The notes: generated by a model not told the origin, from the sequence alone. 64,000 nucleotides of DNA from an uncultured Veillonellaceae bacterium (GCA_963805085.1 CAWDTA010000004.1:96001-160000), one strand, 5' to 3'. Counted from the first letter of the stretch, positions 37,720-49,478 are shown. Numbers and translations are program-made.

Positions 37720-39084
37720 CTATCCAAGTGCAATTTCAAGTGCTTCACTCACACTTTCTACACCGTGCAATTTAATTGGTAGATCGAGGGTTAGATTCAC
37801 TAAATTTTTCTTTGGCAAAATAATATTCGTAAATCCCATTTTCACCGCTTCACGAATTCTGCTTTCTGCCTGTGTTACAGCGCGAACTTCACCAGCAAGG
37901 CCAACCTCACCAAATACAATTGTCTTCGCTAAAATTTTTGAATTGCGATAACTTGAAGCTAAAGCAACAGTCAACCCTAGGTCAATGGCTGGCTCATCAA
38001 TTTTAATTCCACCAGCAACCTTGACATACACATCACAAGCACCGAGCATCATGCCTACGCGTTTCTCTAATACAGCGAGTAATAGTTGAATTCTTTTTAC
38101 GTCTACATAATCTGAAGTTCTTCTCGGCGGTACATAGGGAGTCTGTCCTACGAGTGCTTGGACCTCCACCAATAATGGTCTCGTTCCTTCTACCGTTGGG
38201 ACAATAACACTGCCGGAAACCTCCGTCGGACAGTCAGATAAGAATAATTTTGAAGCATCAGGAACATCGACCAAGCCAATACCACGCATTTCAAACAAGC
38301 CAATTTCATTGGTACTACCAAAACGATTTTTCACGGCCCTGAGTATTCTAAATTGAGCATTACGTTCCCCCTCAAAATAAAGCACCGTGTCAACAATATG
38401 CTCTAGAACCCTTGGCCCCGCTAATGTTCCATCTTTGGTAACGTGACCGATTACAAAAATAGCGATACCATTGTTCTTGGCAATTCTAAGTAGTTCGACG
38501 GCACATTCTCTTACTTGACTCACACTACCAGGCGCTGATTGCACCTCCGGTTTAAACACCGTTTGAATAGAATCAATCACAAAGAGCTCTGGCTTTATAT
38601 CCAATACGTGCTTATTAATTAACTCTAAATTTGTTTCACTCAATACAAATAAATCTTGTTCAATCGCTGACAAACGATCCGCTCGCATCCTGACTTGCCT
38701 CGTACTCTCTTCCCCTGTAACATAAAGTACTTTTCCATGCACTTTGGCAATATCGGCACAAACCTTCAAGGTTAAACTCGATTTCCCCACGCCAGGATCG
38801 CCGACAATTAAAACCATGGAACCAGGAATTACCCCACCGCCAAGGACACGATCAAGTTCACCAGACCCAGTTGAAAACCTTGGCATATCTTCAACGTTTA
38901 CATCAGTAATCGCTTCGGGCTTACTTGAACTAGCCAGACCGATACTAAGCCCACCTTTTTTTTCTGGAATAATCGTCTCTTCCACCATTGTATTCCACTG
39001 CCCGCAACCTGGACACTTTCCTAGCCACTTTGGTGCATCATAGCCACATTCTTGGCACATATAAACCGTCTTCCGCTTCACCAT
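37720..39084 (-). CDS. radA: DNA repair protein RadA/Sms
   Basis: CQECG..KWLGKCPGC, GDPGVGKS, KNRFG. Confidence 0.98.
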   Translation of the reverse strand: MVKRKTVYMCQECGYDAPKWLGKCPGCGQWNTMVEETIIPEKKGGLSIGLASSSKPEAITDVNVEDMPRFSTGSGELDRVLGGGVIPGSMVLIVGDPGVGKSSLTLKVCADIAKVHGKVLYVTGEESTRQVRMRADRLSAIEQDLFVLSETNLELINKHVLDIKPELFVIDSIQTVFKPEVQSAPGSVSQVRECAVELLRIAKNNGIAIFVIGHVTKDGTLAGPRVLEHIVDTVLYFEGERNAQFRILRAVKNRFGSTNEIGLFEMRGIGLVDVPDASKLFLSDCPTEVSGSVIVPTVEGTRPLLVEVQALVGQTPYVPPRRTSDYVDVKRIQLLLAVLEKRVGMMLGACDVYVKVAGGIKIDEPAIDLGLTVALASSYRNSKILAKTIVFGEVGLAGEVRAVTQAESRIREAVKMGFTNIILPKKNLVNLTLDLPIKLHGVESVSEALEIALG

Positions 39085-39122
39085 AACTCTGCTCCTTTTC
39101 CTCTCTCAGACCATTACTTCGT

Positions 39123-39245
39123 TTATTCTTGTTTTATAAAATTGACCATTCTTTTCGGTAAATAAAAAATGGCTGTTATAACTATCCTGAGTATTGCCTT
39201 CGTTAACCAAGCAATTGCAATACAAAAGTTTAAAATCGTATTCAT
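39123..39245 (-). CDS. Putative 40-aa small hydrophobic protein
   Basis: MNTILNFCIAIAWLTKAILRIVITAIFYLPKRMVNFIKQE; AGAGG 8 nt upstream of ATG. Confidence 0.45.
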   Translation of the reverse strand: MNTILNFCIAIAWLTKAILRIVITAIFYLPKRMVNFIKQE

Positions 39246-39456
39246 ACTTATAGCCTCTATCATTCATTATAAAAATATCACTGTTGTTCCTTTATGATTA
39301 ATTTCGTTACTTTGCTTGGATACTCCTTTATATTATCTACTATTCAAACATCAATCATTTTATCATAAAAAGCCTCCAAACTGATTGCTTTTATACATCA
39401 ATTTGAAGGCTTTTCTTATTGTCATTATAGTTTTTTCGTATTCTTCGGCGAAAATA

Positions 39457-41919
39457 TTAGGATTGCACCTCAACTTCAGAAATAGTTTCTTTTACAAACG
39501 TTAGTTTTCCATCACTCGCATCAATTTTTATTGTATCACCAGCTTTAAACTCTGTGGTTAAAATACGTTCGGCGATTTCATCTTCAACAAATTTTTGAAT
39601 GGCCCGTTTTAATGGTCTTGCACCATAGCTAAAGTCTGAGCCTTCTTTAATAATTCTTTCTTTTGCCTCAGCTGTGATATGCATGCTAATTTCCATATCA
39701 CGAAGTCGTTTCGTAACGTCTTTCATCATGATTTCAACAATATTAACAAGCTCTTTTTTCGTTAATGCATTAAATACTAACATCTCATCAACGCGGTTGA
39801 TAAATTCTGGTCTAAATAAACGTTTCACTTCATCGAGCACTTTTTTCTTGGCTGCATCAGCCGTCACTTCGGACTGAGCCCCCGTTAAAAAGCCAACCGT
39901 TGTATTCTCTTGCTTGAGGTATTTCGCCCCAACATTAGATGTCATAATAATGACAGTATTTTTGAAATCTACCGTTCTACCTTGGCTATCTGTCAAACGC
40001 CCATCTTCTAATACTTGCAATAAAATATTAAAGACATCATGATGCGCTTTTTCAATTTCATCTAGTAAAATCACAGCATATGGTTTACGACGTACTACAT
40101 CTGTTAACTGCCCGCCTTCTTCAAAACCAACATACCCCGGCGGTGCACCGATTAAACGCGACACTGTATGTTTCTCCATATACTCCGACATGTCAAACCG
40201 AATCATTGCACTTTCATCACCGAATAAACTTTCAGCTAATGCACGCGCAAGTTCAGTTTTACCAACACCAGTTGGTCCAAGGAATAAGAATGAACCAATA
40301 GGACGCTTTGCGTCTTTTAGCCCAGCCCTTGCGCGGCGTACTGCTTTTGCCACTGCTTTTACAGCTTCACCTTGACCTACTACCCGTTTTTCTAGAATAG
40401 ATTCCATTTTTAATAAACGTTCTGATTCTTCTGCCGCCAATTTTTTTACTGGAATCCCCGTCCAAGTAGCTACCACTTGGGCGATATCTTCTGGCGTGAC
40501 AACAATGCGTGCATTTTCACGGTCACTCCATTGTTTTTGCTTACCTTCTAGCGCTTCTTTTACCCGACCTTCTTCATCCCGAATCTTCGCTGCACGTTCA
40601 TATTCTTGCGCTGTAATTGCCGCTTCTTTTTCTGTTCTTAATTTTTCCAACTCTTTTTCTAAGCCTTTAATATCATCGGGCTGTGAAACGGACTGCAATC
40701 TGACCCGCGACGATGCTTCATCCATCAAATCAATTGCCTTATCCGGTAAGAAACGATCTGCAATATAGCGATGTGACAATTTTACTGCGGCATCAATGGC
40801 TTCATCAGTAATTTGCGCCCGATGGAATGCTTCGTACTTATCGCGAATCCCACGTAAAATCTTAATTGCATCTTCCACCGATGGTTCCCCTACGGTAATC
40901 GGCTGAAAACGACGTTCCAGAGCAGAATCCTTTTCGATATATTTCTTATACTCATTCAACGTGGTTGCCCCAATGGTCTGCAATTCACCACGCGCTAACG
41001 CTGGTTTTAAAATATTGGCTGCATCAATGGAACCCTCGGCCGCCCCTGCACCAATCAACGTATGCATTTCATCAATAAATAAAATTACATCACTCGATTT
41101 TTTAATTTCTTCGATGATTTTTTTCATCCGCTCTTCAAATTCGCCGCGATACTTTGCCCCAGCAACGACTGAAGCCATATTCAAAGATACGACCCGTTTA
41201 CTTGCCAATACCTCTGGCACCGTGCCTTGCATAATGCGCTGTGCTAGCCCTTCAGCAATTGCAGTTTTCCCTACCCCCGGTTCACCAATTAAAATTGGGT
41301 TATTTTTAGTCCGACGACTTAGGATTTGAATGACGCGTTCAATCTCTACATCGCGACCAATCACAGGATCAATTTTTCCTTGGGTTGCTAAATCATTTAG
41401 ATTACTCCCGTATTCATTTAAGGTTGGTGTATCCTTTGCTTTTTTTGCCACACTCTTACCTTCACCCGCATTGCCACCATTCGCAGCAGAACCGCCTAAC
41501 ATATCCATCACAAATTCACGTACACTTTCAACATCTGCACCCAAAGCCGATAAAACCCGCGCAGCAACGCCTTCATCCTCACGAATCAATCCCAATAGAA
41601 TATGCTCCGTACCAATATAGTTATGACCAAGTAGTTGTGACTCTGCTAACGACAATTCCATCACTCGTTTTGCTCTAGGGGTGTAAGAAAAGCCTTCACT
41701 AGCCCCCTTACCATGACCAATAAGTTCTTCGACTTGACTACGCACAGTCTCCAAATCTATTTCTAGCGATAGCAAAGCTTTTGCCGCTACACCCTCGCCT
41801 TCTCGAATTAAGCCTAGTAATAAATGCTCCGTACCAACGTAATTATGTCCTAGTTCTTGCGCTTCATATTGTGCCAATTCCAAGACCTTGATTGCTCTTG
41901 TAGTAAATCTACTATTCAT
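39457..41919 (-). CDS. clpC: ATP-dependent Clp protease ATPase ClpC
   Basis: Two Clp-N repeats, [19 protein letters not shown]. Confidence 0.97.
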   Translation of the reverse strand: MNSRFTTRAIKVLELAQYEAQELGHNYVGTEHLLLGLIREGEGVAAKALLSLEIDLETVRSQVEELIGHGKGASEGFSYTPRAKRVMELSLAESQLLGHNYIGTEHILLGLIREDEGVAARVLSALGADVESVREFVMDMLGGSAANGGNAGEGKSVAKKAKDTPTLNEYGSNLNDLATQGKIDPVIGRDVEIERVIQILSRRTKNNPILIGEPGVGKTAIAEGLAQRIMQGTVPEVLASKRVVSLNMASVVAGAKYRGEFEERMKKIIEEIKKSSDVILFIDEMHTLIGAGAAEGSIDAANILKPALARGELQTIGATTLNEYKKYIEKDSALERRFQPITVGEPSVEDAIKILRGIRDKYEAFHRAQITDEAIDAAVKLSHRYIADRFLPDKAIDLMDEASSRVRLQSVSQPDDIKGLEKELEKLRTEKEAAITAQEYERAAKIRDEEGRVKEALEGKQKQWSDRENARIVVTPEDIAQVVATWTGIPVKKLAAEESERLLKMESILEKRVVGQGEAVKAVAKAVRRARAGLKDAKRPIGSFLFLGPTGVGKTELARALAESLFGDESAMIRFDMSEYMEKHTVSRLIGAPPGYVGFEEGGQLTDVVRRKPYAVILLDEIEKAHHDVFNILLQVLEDGRLTDSQGRTVDFKNTVIIMTSNVGAKYLKQENTTVGFLTGAQSEVTADAAKKKVLDEVKRLFRPEFINRVDEMLVFNALTKKELVNIVEIMMKDVTKRLRDMEISMHITAEAKERIIKEGSDFSYGARPLKRAIQKFVEDEIAERILTTEFKAGDTIKIDASDGKLTFVKETISEVEVQS

Positions 41920-41934
41920 ATTGAATCAACTCCT

Positions 41935-43008
41935 TTAATCATTGCTGCCATTCATCAAGACTTCTCGAATCATCGCAGCCCTTTGTCTATCTATTTCATT
42001 CGGCGATAAATTTCCATTATCCTTTAGGTTTTGTAAATAATTTCCTCGACTCGAAACCAATAGCTCATTAAAAACCTTCGCTGGTACATTATGAATGATA
42101 TTCAAATCTATCCCCATTCTAACTTCACTTAATAAAGCCAAAGCCTCGTTGCCAGTTATCGTGCGCGCGTATTTTAAAACGCCATAAGAACGCCAAACTT
42201 TATCACTCACCACATCGGGTGACTGTGCATACAAGGCTTTACGAGCCGCCCGCTCATGCGTCATGATTTCTAACACCGCACTCGTCAAATTATCGATGGT
42301 TTCTTGTTCACTAAACCCTAGCGTCAATTGATTCGATATCTGAAAAATATTACCAATCACTTCACTCCCCTCACCATAGAGACCTCGAACCGCAAGCCCC
42401 AATTGGGTAGAAGCATTCATAATTTTATTGATTTGCCTAGTAAATACCAACCCTGGTAAATGCATCATAACCGAAGCTCTTAGCCCCGTCCCCAGATTGG
42501 TGGGACAAGAGGTCAAGTATCCCATGTCCTCTGTAAAGGCAATATCCAATTTCGCCTCAATAGTATCATCGATTTTACTTGCCATTTCCAGCGTTGCCCC
42601 TAAATCGAGTCCTGATACCATACATTGAATCCGTAAATGATCCTCTTCATTCACCATAATGCTAATCTTGTCATCTTCACTTACGATTACTAAACGATTC
42701 TCTGGATTCATAATATGGTTGCTACTAATCATATGCTTTTCAACCAAGACATTACGTTCCAAAGTACTAAGCTTATCAATCGACATACTTTGGTATGTCT
42801 TGCCGGTTGCTTCTGCTAATTCAGGAATAATCTCCTCAACATTCTCCTCAACCTTAGAAAGTTGTGCAATATTGGCCCGATTTGGAAAAGGAATCTGGCA
42901 AAGATTACGTGCCAGTCGAACCCGACTAGATAATACAATATCGCTATCAATTCCACTGCCATCCATCCAAGAAGTCAGTGGTTTTATAAATAATTCTGCC
43001 TGTGACAT
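41935..43008 (-). CDS. mcsB: Protein arginine kinase
   Basis: SSRVRLARN, NEEDHLR, CPTNLGTG. Confidence 0.96.
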   Translation of the reverse strand: MSQAELFIKPLTSWMDGSGIDSDIVLSSRVRLARNLCQIPFPNRANIAQLSKVEENVEEIIPELAEATGKTYQSMSIDKLSTLERNVLVEKHMISSNHIMNPENRLVIVSEDDKISIMVNEEDHLRIQCMVSGLDLGATLEMASKIDDTIEAKLDIAFTEDMGYLTSCPTNLGTGLRASVMMHLPGLVFTRQINKIMNASTQLGLAVRGLYGEGSEVIGNIFQISNQLTLGFSEQETIDNLTSAVLEIMTHERAARKALYAQSPDVVSDKVWRSYGVLKYARTITGNEALALLSEVRMGIDLNIIHNVPAKVFNELLVSSRGNYLQNLKDNGNLSPNEIDRQRAAMIREVLMNGSND

Positions 43009-43020
43009 ATCAAAGGCCTC

Positions 43021-43530
43021 CTATTCTCCCTCATGAAATTCTTTTTCAATTTCTTTAATTTCATCCCGCAATTTAGCCGCCTGTTCATATTCTTCATTCG
43101 TAACATGATTAGCGAGCGTATTACGCATTTGTTTAATCCGCTGTTTTAATTCAATTTGCCCACCAGAGCGTTTAGGTACTTTACCAATATGGCTACTAGC
43201 TCCATGAATCCGACGAAGTAATGGTTCTAATTTTTTTGCAAACGTAGTATAACAGACATTGCAGCCAATTTTACCAGTACGGCTAAAATCTCGATACGTC
43301 ATTCCACAATTAGGGCACGTCATTACCTTCATTTGTGAATTATCAATTGAACCATTATTAAACATCCCTGCTAAGAAATCATCAACAGAAAATTTTTGAT
43401 CTACATTAAAAATTAATTCACCATACTTCTTCGCACATTCCTCACATAAATGTTTATCTATTTTTTGTGTATTCGTAATTTGCGTAAGATGAACACACGC
43501 TTGATTTTTTTTGCAATCATCACATAGCAC
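43021..43530 (-). CDS. mcsA: McsA (CxxC plus UVR)
   Basis: Four CxxC motifs, EEYEQAAKLRD. Confidence 0.96.
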   Translation of the reverse strand: MLCDDCKKNQACVHLTQITNTQKIDKHLCEECAKKYGELIFNVDQKFSVDDFLAGMFNNGSIDNSQMKVMTCPNCGMTYRDFSRTGKIGCNVCYTTFAKKLEPLLRRIHGASSHIGKVPKRSGGQIELKQRIKQMRNTLANHVTNEEYEQAAKLRDEIKEIEKEFHEGE

Positions 43531-43543
43531 TGTCTTTTCCCCC

Positions 43544-43990
43544 TTAAGAAAAATTAGCTAAAGTCAAAAATATAGACCGTAGAAATCCGACTCGTTCTTT
43601 TAAATCCAATTTTACAAAGGTAACTGGAACTACTTGAAATAGGAGCGCCGCCTCACGGCTGGCAATAAAACCATGTTGTACTAAATATCGAATCATCACC
43701 TTCACTTCATCCAATGAAGTTTGTTCATTTATTTTATTTAAGATATCCTGATATATAATATTTTGCAAAGGTACTCGAGTGATACGAATAAATCCCCCTA
43801 AGCCACGTCTCGATTCCACAGTAAATCCTTTGGCTATAGTGAAGCGTGTACTGAGGACATACGTGATTTGCGATGGTGCACAGGCGATTTCATCAGCAAT
43901 CTCTGTTCTTCTTAGTTCTATTTTGCTATTTTGCTCCGAGGCTAACCGCTGTAGAATATATTCTTCTATTAAATCCGCTATATTACTCAA
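43544..43990 (-). CDS. ctsR: Class III heat-shock repressor CtsR
   Basis: CAPSQITYVL, VESRRGLGGFIRI; TTG start after AGGTGG. Confidence 0.95.
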   Translation of the reverse strand: MSNIADLIEEYILQRLASEQNSKIELRRTEIADEIACAPSQITYVLSTRFTIAKGFTVESRRGLGGFIRITRVPLQNIIYQDILNKINEQTSLDEVKVMIRYLVQHGFIASREAALLFQVVPVTFVKLDLKERVGFLRSIFLTLANFS

Positions 43991-44014
43991 ACATACCACC
44001 TACTAAACGAGTTT

Positions 44015-44074
44015 TTTGATTTTTTGACCTTTTACTTTATTTTTTATTATATTTGACCTTTTGACTATTTGCAA
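44015..44074 (-). promoter_or_regulatory. ctsR promoter with CtsR heptad repeats
   Basis: TTGCAA-N17-TATAAT whose spacer holds AGTCAAA-A-GGTCAAA; further GGTCAAA/AATCAAA downstream. Confidence 0.85.
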
Positions 44075-44224
44075 TCATTTTTATAAAAAAATAGGGCATA
44101 TCGCCCTATTTTTTTATACTCTTATTTCATTTACCACAAAACACGGGAATTTAGAACCTTCTCATTCTTTACTATGATACTTATTATTATACTGCATTTT
44201 TTTATTTCTATTACAGTTCATTAC

Positions 44225-45133
44225 CTATTGTAAAGCCTCTTTTAATACCTGCGCATTTTTTTTCATGGCATTGAGGTATGAATCATAACTATCTTTAGTT
44301 GTTTCTCCAGTTACGACTGGGTCTAAGCTATATACTTTTGCGCCAGTTTCCTTTGCAATGGTTTCAGCTGCACTTGCTGGATATTGTGGCTCAGCAAATA
44401 ATGCTTTTATTTTTAACTCTTTGATTTGTTTGATGGTTTCTTCCAACTCTTTTGGTGTAGGTTCTGTACCTGGCTCACGTTCAATCACCGAAATAATATT
44501 TAAATTAAATTCTTTTGCAAAGTACGGGAATGCTTCATGGAATGTAACGATATTTTTATTTGGTAAACTATCGATCTCCTTATGCATATCCGTTTTTAGC
44601 ATTTCTAGCTTTTTCACATATTCTGCCGCATTTTTTTGGTACTGATCCGCATGGTCTTTGTCAATCGCGGATAACTCTTCAGCAATATTATTTACTTGCT
44701 TAATCGCATCTGTAATACTAACCCAAACATGTGGATTTTCTTCGCCATTATCTTTTAACAACGTAATATCCTTACTCGCATCAACAATCTTTAGATTCGC
44801 TTGTTGTTTCACGACTTTATCTAGGAATGCTTCCATTCCAGCACCATTTACAACAAAAGCATTTGCTTTTTCTAAAGTTTTTAAATCTTCTGGTGTTAAT
44901 TGATAATCATGCAAACACCCCACTTGTGGCTTAGTCATATTTTTTACTTCGACACCTTCTACACCCTTCGTTATATTAATCGTTGCTATGTACATCGGAT
45001 AAAATGACGTAACAATACTAAACTTCGCTTTATCATTTTTTGCTACTTCACTCGTCTTATTTGCCCCACACCCAACTAAAATAACAGAACTGATCAATAT
45101 CCCTATTATAAATTGAACCAATCTTAATCGCAT
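44225..45133 (-). CDS. Metal (Zn/Mn/Fe) ABC substrate-binding lipoprotein, ZnuA/TroA family
   Basis: Lipobox LVGC; LHDYQLTPED, NPHVW, FHEAF. Confidence 0.9.
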   Translation of the reverse strand: MRLRLVQFIIGILISSVILVGCGANKTSEVAKNDKAKFSIVTSFYPMYIATINITKGVEGVEVKNMTKPQVGCLHDYQLTPEDLKTLEKANAFVVNGAGMEAFLDKVVKQQANLKIVDASKDITLLKDNGEENPHVWVSITDAIKQVNNIAEELSAIDKDHADQYQKNAAEYVKKLEMLKTDMHKEIDSLPNKNIVTFHEAFPYFAKEFNLNIISVIEREPGTEPTPKELEETIKQIKELKIKALFAEPQYPASAAETIAKETGAKVYSLDPVVTGETTKDSYDSYLNAMKKNAQVLKEALQ

Positions 45134-45242
45134 TTCTTTATTCCCCCAAGTCATTTAAATACGTAACATCTTAATTAATAATATTACTATTTAGTATGAT
45201 ACATGATTATAGTTTTAAATTCAATAGGGAACAAAATGTTTT

Positions 45243-45257
45243 TGATAATTATTTTCA
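45243..45257. promoter_or_regulatory. Fur-family 7-1-7 box
   Basis: TGATAAT-T-ATTTTCA, one mismatch to TGATAATnATTATCA, upstream of the metal-binding protein. Confidence 0.5.
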
Positions 45258-45375
45258 ATTAGCTACCAAAATGACAAAAAAATGATTATAAAACAGAAGC
45301 CGCCAACCTAGCTTTTATTCTATAATCATTTAAATGAAAAAACATTTAATTATCAAATCAAAAACTTACAAGTTA

Positions 45376-46023
45376 CTAACTGCACTGAACAATTTCTACA
45401 CTATTACTCGTCCCTAAACGATTTGCCCCTGCTTCAATCATGATGCTTGCATCTTCTTTTGAACGAATCCCGCCCGCGGCTTTTACGCCTATGGTATCGC
45501 CAACGGTCTTACGCATGAGGATAACGTCTTCTTTCAATGCACCACCATTAGAGAAGCCCGTTGACGTTTTAACAAAGTCTGCGCCAGCGTTTACTACAAG
45601 TTGACAAGCAAGCTTCTTTTCCGCATCAGTTAATAAACAATTCTCGATGATTACCTTTACCAACGCTTTTCCCTTTGCTACGTTAGTAACCGCTTTGATA
45701 TCTTGCTCAACATAGGTGCTGTCGCCGCCTTTTAATTTTCCTACGGCAATTACCATATCCACTTCATTTGCCCCATCATCGATCGCAGTTTGCGTTTCAA
45801 AGACTTTGACTGCCGTTGGGGTTGCCCCTTGTGGAAAGCCGATAACCGTACATACAGCCACACCTGTATCTTTTAATGCTTGCGCCGCATAAGTTACCCA
45901 TATCGGACTGATACAAACGGAGGCAAATTTATATTCTTTAGCCTCTGCCACTAACTTTGCGATATCTTTCTCCGTTGCTTCTGTCTTCAATAAAGTATGG
46001 TCAATCAATTTTTCATAACTCAT
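45376..46023 (-). CDS. deoC: Deoxyribose-phosphate aldolase-like
   Basis: [30 protein letters not shown]. Confidence 0.93.
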   Translation of the reverse strand: MSYEKLIDHTLLKTEATEKDIAKLVAEAKEYKFASVCISPIWVTYAAQALKDTGVAVCTVIGFPQGATPTAVKVFETQTAIDDGANEVDMVIAVGKLKGGDSTYVEQDIKAVTNVAKGKALVKVIIENCLLTDAEKKLACQLVVNAGADFVKTSTGFSNGGALKEDVILMRKTVGDTIGVKAAGGIRSKEDASIMIEAGANRLGTSNSVEIVQCS

Positions 46024-46048
46024 CTAATCACCTTTTCCTTTTCGTTTC

Positions 46049-46966
46049 TTAAAAGGACTTTGCTGCTGCTACAATATCTTCTGGCGTTAACTTATAATGT
46101 TTTAACAATTCATCGGGACTACCAGAACAACCGAAACAATCCTGAATGCCAACATACCGAATTGGCACTGGTTTCTCATACGATAATACTTCGCTAACAG
46201 CTGATCCTAATCCACCAATAATGGTATGTTCTTCAGCGGTTACAACTTTTCCTGTTTTTTCGGCAACGCGAACCAAAAGCTCTCGATCAATTGGTTTAAT
46301 GCTAGCGATATTTACTACCATTGCCTCGATACCTCCCGCCTTTAATTGTTTTGCTGCCTCTAAGGCTTTTGCCACCATGATCCCGGTAGCAATGATTGCT
46401 ACATCGCTCCCTTCACAAACAATTTCACCTTTTCCAATATCAAATTGATAATTTTCATCATGAATATCGGGCGTTGCAACCCGACTAATTCTTAAATAGA
46501 CTGGTCCCTCATACTCTATCGCCGCTCTAATCGCGAGTTCGGTTTCTTTGGCATCGGCTGGATTGAGGATAACCATATTGGGTAAACTGCGCATAAGTGC
46601 AATATCCTCAATCGCTTGATGTGTGCCTCCATCATAGCCCACCGTGACCCCAGCATGTGTTCCTACGAGTTTTACATTCAAATTCGCGTAAGCAACTGTA
46701 TTTCTGATTTGATCAAATGCCCGCCCCGTCAAAAACACGGAAAAAGTAGCAGCTATGGGAATTATATCACAAGTAGATAAACCAGCTGCCATCCCAATCA
46801 TATCCTGCTCGGCAATACCGACATCAATATAGCGCTGTGGGCATACTTTTTTAAATGCAATTGCTTTGGTTGCTTTTCCTAAATCAGCATCCAACACTAC
46901 AATACGAGGATCATCACAATAACTTTGCAATGTTCTTCCGAACACATCTCTAATTGCTATACTCAT
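46049..46966 (-). CDS. Transketolase, C-terminal subunit
   Basis: GIAEQ, DGGTHQ, TAEEH..GGLG. Confidence 0.92.
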   Translation of the reverse strand: MSIAIRDVFGRTLQSYCDDPRIVVLDADLGKATKAIAFKKVCPQRYIDVGIAEQDMIGMAAGLSTCDIIPIAATFSVFLTGRAFDQIRNTVAYANLNVKLVGTHAGVTVGYDGGTHQAIEDIALMRSLPNMVILNPADAKETELAIRAAIEYEGPVYLRISRVATPDIHDENYQFDIGKGEIVCEGSDVAIIATGIMVAKALEAAKQLKAGGIEAMVVNIASIKPIDRELLVRVAEKTGKVVTAEEHTIIGGLGSAVSEVLSYEKPVPIRYVGIQDCFGCSGSPDELLKHYKLTPEDIVAAAKSF

Positions 46967-47783
46967 TATGCATACCTCCTAGTTCAACTAAAGCTTGTTT
47001 GCATTGTTCTTCATTTGGTACATTACCATGCCAATTAAGATCATTTTCCATATAAGAAATACCTTTGCCTTTTACTGTTTTTGCAATGATAACAGTTGGC
47101 TTCCCTTTATAGGTGATAGATTCATCTATCGCATTACGAATGGCCTCTACATCATGCCCATCAATTTCAAGTACATTCCAGCCAAACATTTTAAATTTAC
47201 CATCAATAGGTGCAATACCCATAATCTCTTGATTACTACCATTGATTTGCAAACCATTATAATCGACAAATAACGTTACATTATCTAATTTGTAATGTGC
47301 TGCGCTCATTGCTGCTTCCCAGATTTGACCTTCTTGCAATTCACCATCGCCTACTAATGCATATACCTGATACTTTTTATTATTTAATTTTCCAGCAAGT
47401 GCCATCCCATTGGCGATAGATAGTCCTTGCCCCAAAGAGCCAGACGACATATCAAGGCCTGGAGTAGCCTTCATATCGGGATGACCTTGCAATCTTGATT
47501 GAAATTGCCGTAGTGTCAACAGTTCTTTTCTCGGGAAATATCCTCGTTCTGCTAGTACTGCATATAAGCCTGTTGCGCCATGTCCTTTAGATAAAATGAA
47601 ACGATCGCGTCCCTGCCATTTGGGCTGATCTACTTTAATGTTCATTTTAGCAAAATAAAGTACTGTTAGTATTTCCACCATAGACAAAGCACCACCTGGA
47701 TGACCAGTTTTTGCCGTCGCTAACATATTCACAATATCAATACGTACCTGTCTTGCTATTTCGTTTAATTCTGCTTTATTCAT
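46950..47783 (-). CDS. Transketolase, N-terminal (ThDP-binding) subunit
   Basis: GHPGG, SKGH, GDGELQEG..WE, WHG. Confidence 0.93.
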   Translation of the reverse strand: MNKAELNEIARQVRIDIVNMLATAKTGHPGGALSMVEILTVLYFAKMNIKVDQPKWQGRDRFILSKGHGATGLYAVLAERGYFPRKELLTLRQFQSRLQGHPDMKATPGLDMSSGSLGQGLSIANGMALAGKLNNKKYQVYALVGDGELQEGQIWEAAMSAAHYKLDNVTLFVDYNGLQINGSNQEIMGIAPIDGKFKMFGWNVLEIDGHDVEAIRNAIDESITYKGKPTVIIAKTVKGKGISYMENDLNWHGNVPNEEQCKQALVELGGMHNEYSN

Positions 47784-47881
47784 GTTATTCCGCCTTTCTT
47801 CAATTCTAATAAGTAAGAGGCTCTTGCATTTGCTTTATCACAACTGCAAGAGCTCTTCCTAGCTTAGATATAATCAACGTT

Positions 47882-49156
47882 TTATTTGAATAGTTGTAAT
47901 ATATTACCTAACAGAATACCAACTACACCGAAATCAGCATCACTAAATGTCGTATTGGCAAAACCAAGGTCGCCTAATACTGGCATTAATAAAACTGGCA
48001 AGAAGGTAATTAGCACCCCTTGGGCAAAAGCCCCAGCGATAGCGCCTCTCAGACCGCCTGTTGCATTACCGAATACCCCTGCAGTTGCCCCGCAGAAGAA
48101 ATGAGGTACGACACCTGGTAAAATGATTGGCAAACCAGGAATAGATTTATCTAACATAAGTAAGACAATCATCCCTATTACACCACCAGCAAAACTAGAT
48201 AAGAAACCAATCAACACTGCATTTGGTGCATAAGGATAAACTACCGGACAGTCAATCGCTGGCTTTGCATCTGGCACTAGGGTGGTCGCAATTCCACTAA
48301 ATGCAGGAACTATTTCAGCAAGTACCAATCTAACACCAGCTAGGATAATATATACACCACCGGCAAAAGTAATTGCCTGGATAATTGAAAATACGATAAA
48401 GTGCTGACCGCCACTTAATTCTTTTTCTACATAAGCAGGCCCTGAAGCGATAGCTACAATTAGATAAAGAACCAACATAACAAGGGAAACAGCTAACGAA
48501 GAATCTCTTAAAAAACTCAGACCTTGTGGGAAGTTGATATCTTCTGTTGTTTTTTCTTTATTGCCTACCAAGGAACCAATCCAAGCGGAAAATACATAGC
48601 CAATGGTACTAAAATGTCCAAACGCTACATCGTCAGTTCCAGTAATCTTACGCATCGTTGGTTGTGCAATTGCTGGGAATAACGCCATAATAAATCCTAG
48701 AATAATTGAACCAACGATCACGAGGGAAATACCTTGCATGCCACCAACAGCCAAAATCGATGCAATCATACAAGCCATATATAAAGTATGATGCCCCGTT
48801 AAAAAAATGTATTTCAGTGGAGTAAAACGGGCAATTAAAACATTCATCACCATACCAAATGCCATAATCAACGCTGTTTGGGTGCCATACGTTTTCAAAG
48901 CCATCGCAACAATCGCTTCATTATGAGGCACTACGCCATTAATGTTAAACCCATGCTGGAACATTGCTCCAAAGCTTGATAATGCACCAACAACGATTCC
49001 AGCACCACCACCAAGAATAAGGAAACCTAAAATTGTTTTAATCGTTCCTTTAATAATATCTGCACTACTTTTCTTTAAGGCTATGAGACCAATCATAGAA
49101 ATTAATCCAACTAAAATTGCTGGAACACTAAGAATATCAAGTATAAACTGTAACAT
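47882..49156 (-). CDS. ulaA: PTS Asc-family EIIC (UlaA/SgaT)
   Basis: YIFLTGHH, PAIDCP, HFFCG, FSDADF. Confidence 0.9.
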   Translation of the reverse strand: MLQFILDILSVPAILVGLISMIGLIALKKSSADIIKGTIKTILGFLILGGGAGIVVGALSSFGAMFQHGFNINGVVPHNEAIVAMALKTYGTQTALIMAFGMVMNVLIARFTPLKYIFLTGHHTLYMACMIASILAVGGMQGISLVIVGSIILGFIMALFPAIAQPTMRKITGTDDVAFGHFSTIGYVFSAWIGSLVGNKEKTTEDINFPQGLSFLRDSSLAVSLVMLVLYLIVAIASGPAYVEKELSGGQHFIVFSIIQAITFAGGVYIILAGVRLVLAEIVPAFSGIATTLVPDAKPAIDCPVVYPYAPNAVLIGFLSSFAGGVIGMIVLLMLDKSIPGLPIILPGVVPHFFCGATAGVFGNATGGLRGAIAGAFAQGVLITFLPVLLMPVLGDLGFANTTFSDADFGVVGILLGNILQLFK

Positions 49157-49179
49157 CTTATTCACCCTCTCTTTTATTT

Positions 49180-49449
49180 TTAATCTACTAAGGCTGCTCC
49201 AATTTTTTCTTTTAACTCATTCTTGTCAATCATGCTGTTTAACGATACTACTTTTCCACCTAAAGAAGTTAATTGCGATGCGATATCACGTGTACCGACA
49301 TAAATATCTGCTTTAATACCCGAAGCTGATGATAGATCACTATGATCTACCGTAGCCTCTACCCCTAACTCAGCCAATACTTTTTTAATGTTCATTTCAA
49401 TCATAAAACTGCTGCCAAGACCATTACCACAACACACTAAAATTTTCAT
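49180..49449 (-). CDS. PTS Asc-family EIIB
   Basis: CCGNGLGSS. Confidence 0.93.
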   Translation of the reverse strand: MKILVCCGNGLGSSFMIEMNIKKVLAELGVEATVDHSDLSSASGIKADIYVGTRDIASQLTSLGGKVVSLNSMIDKNELKEKIGAALVD

Positions 49450-49478
49450 GATAATTCCTCCTATTTTTTCTATGTAAA

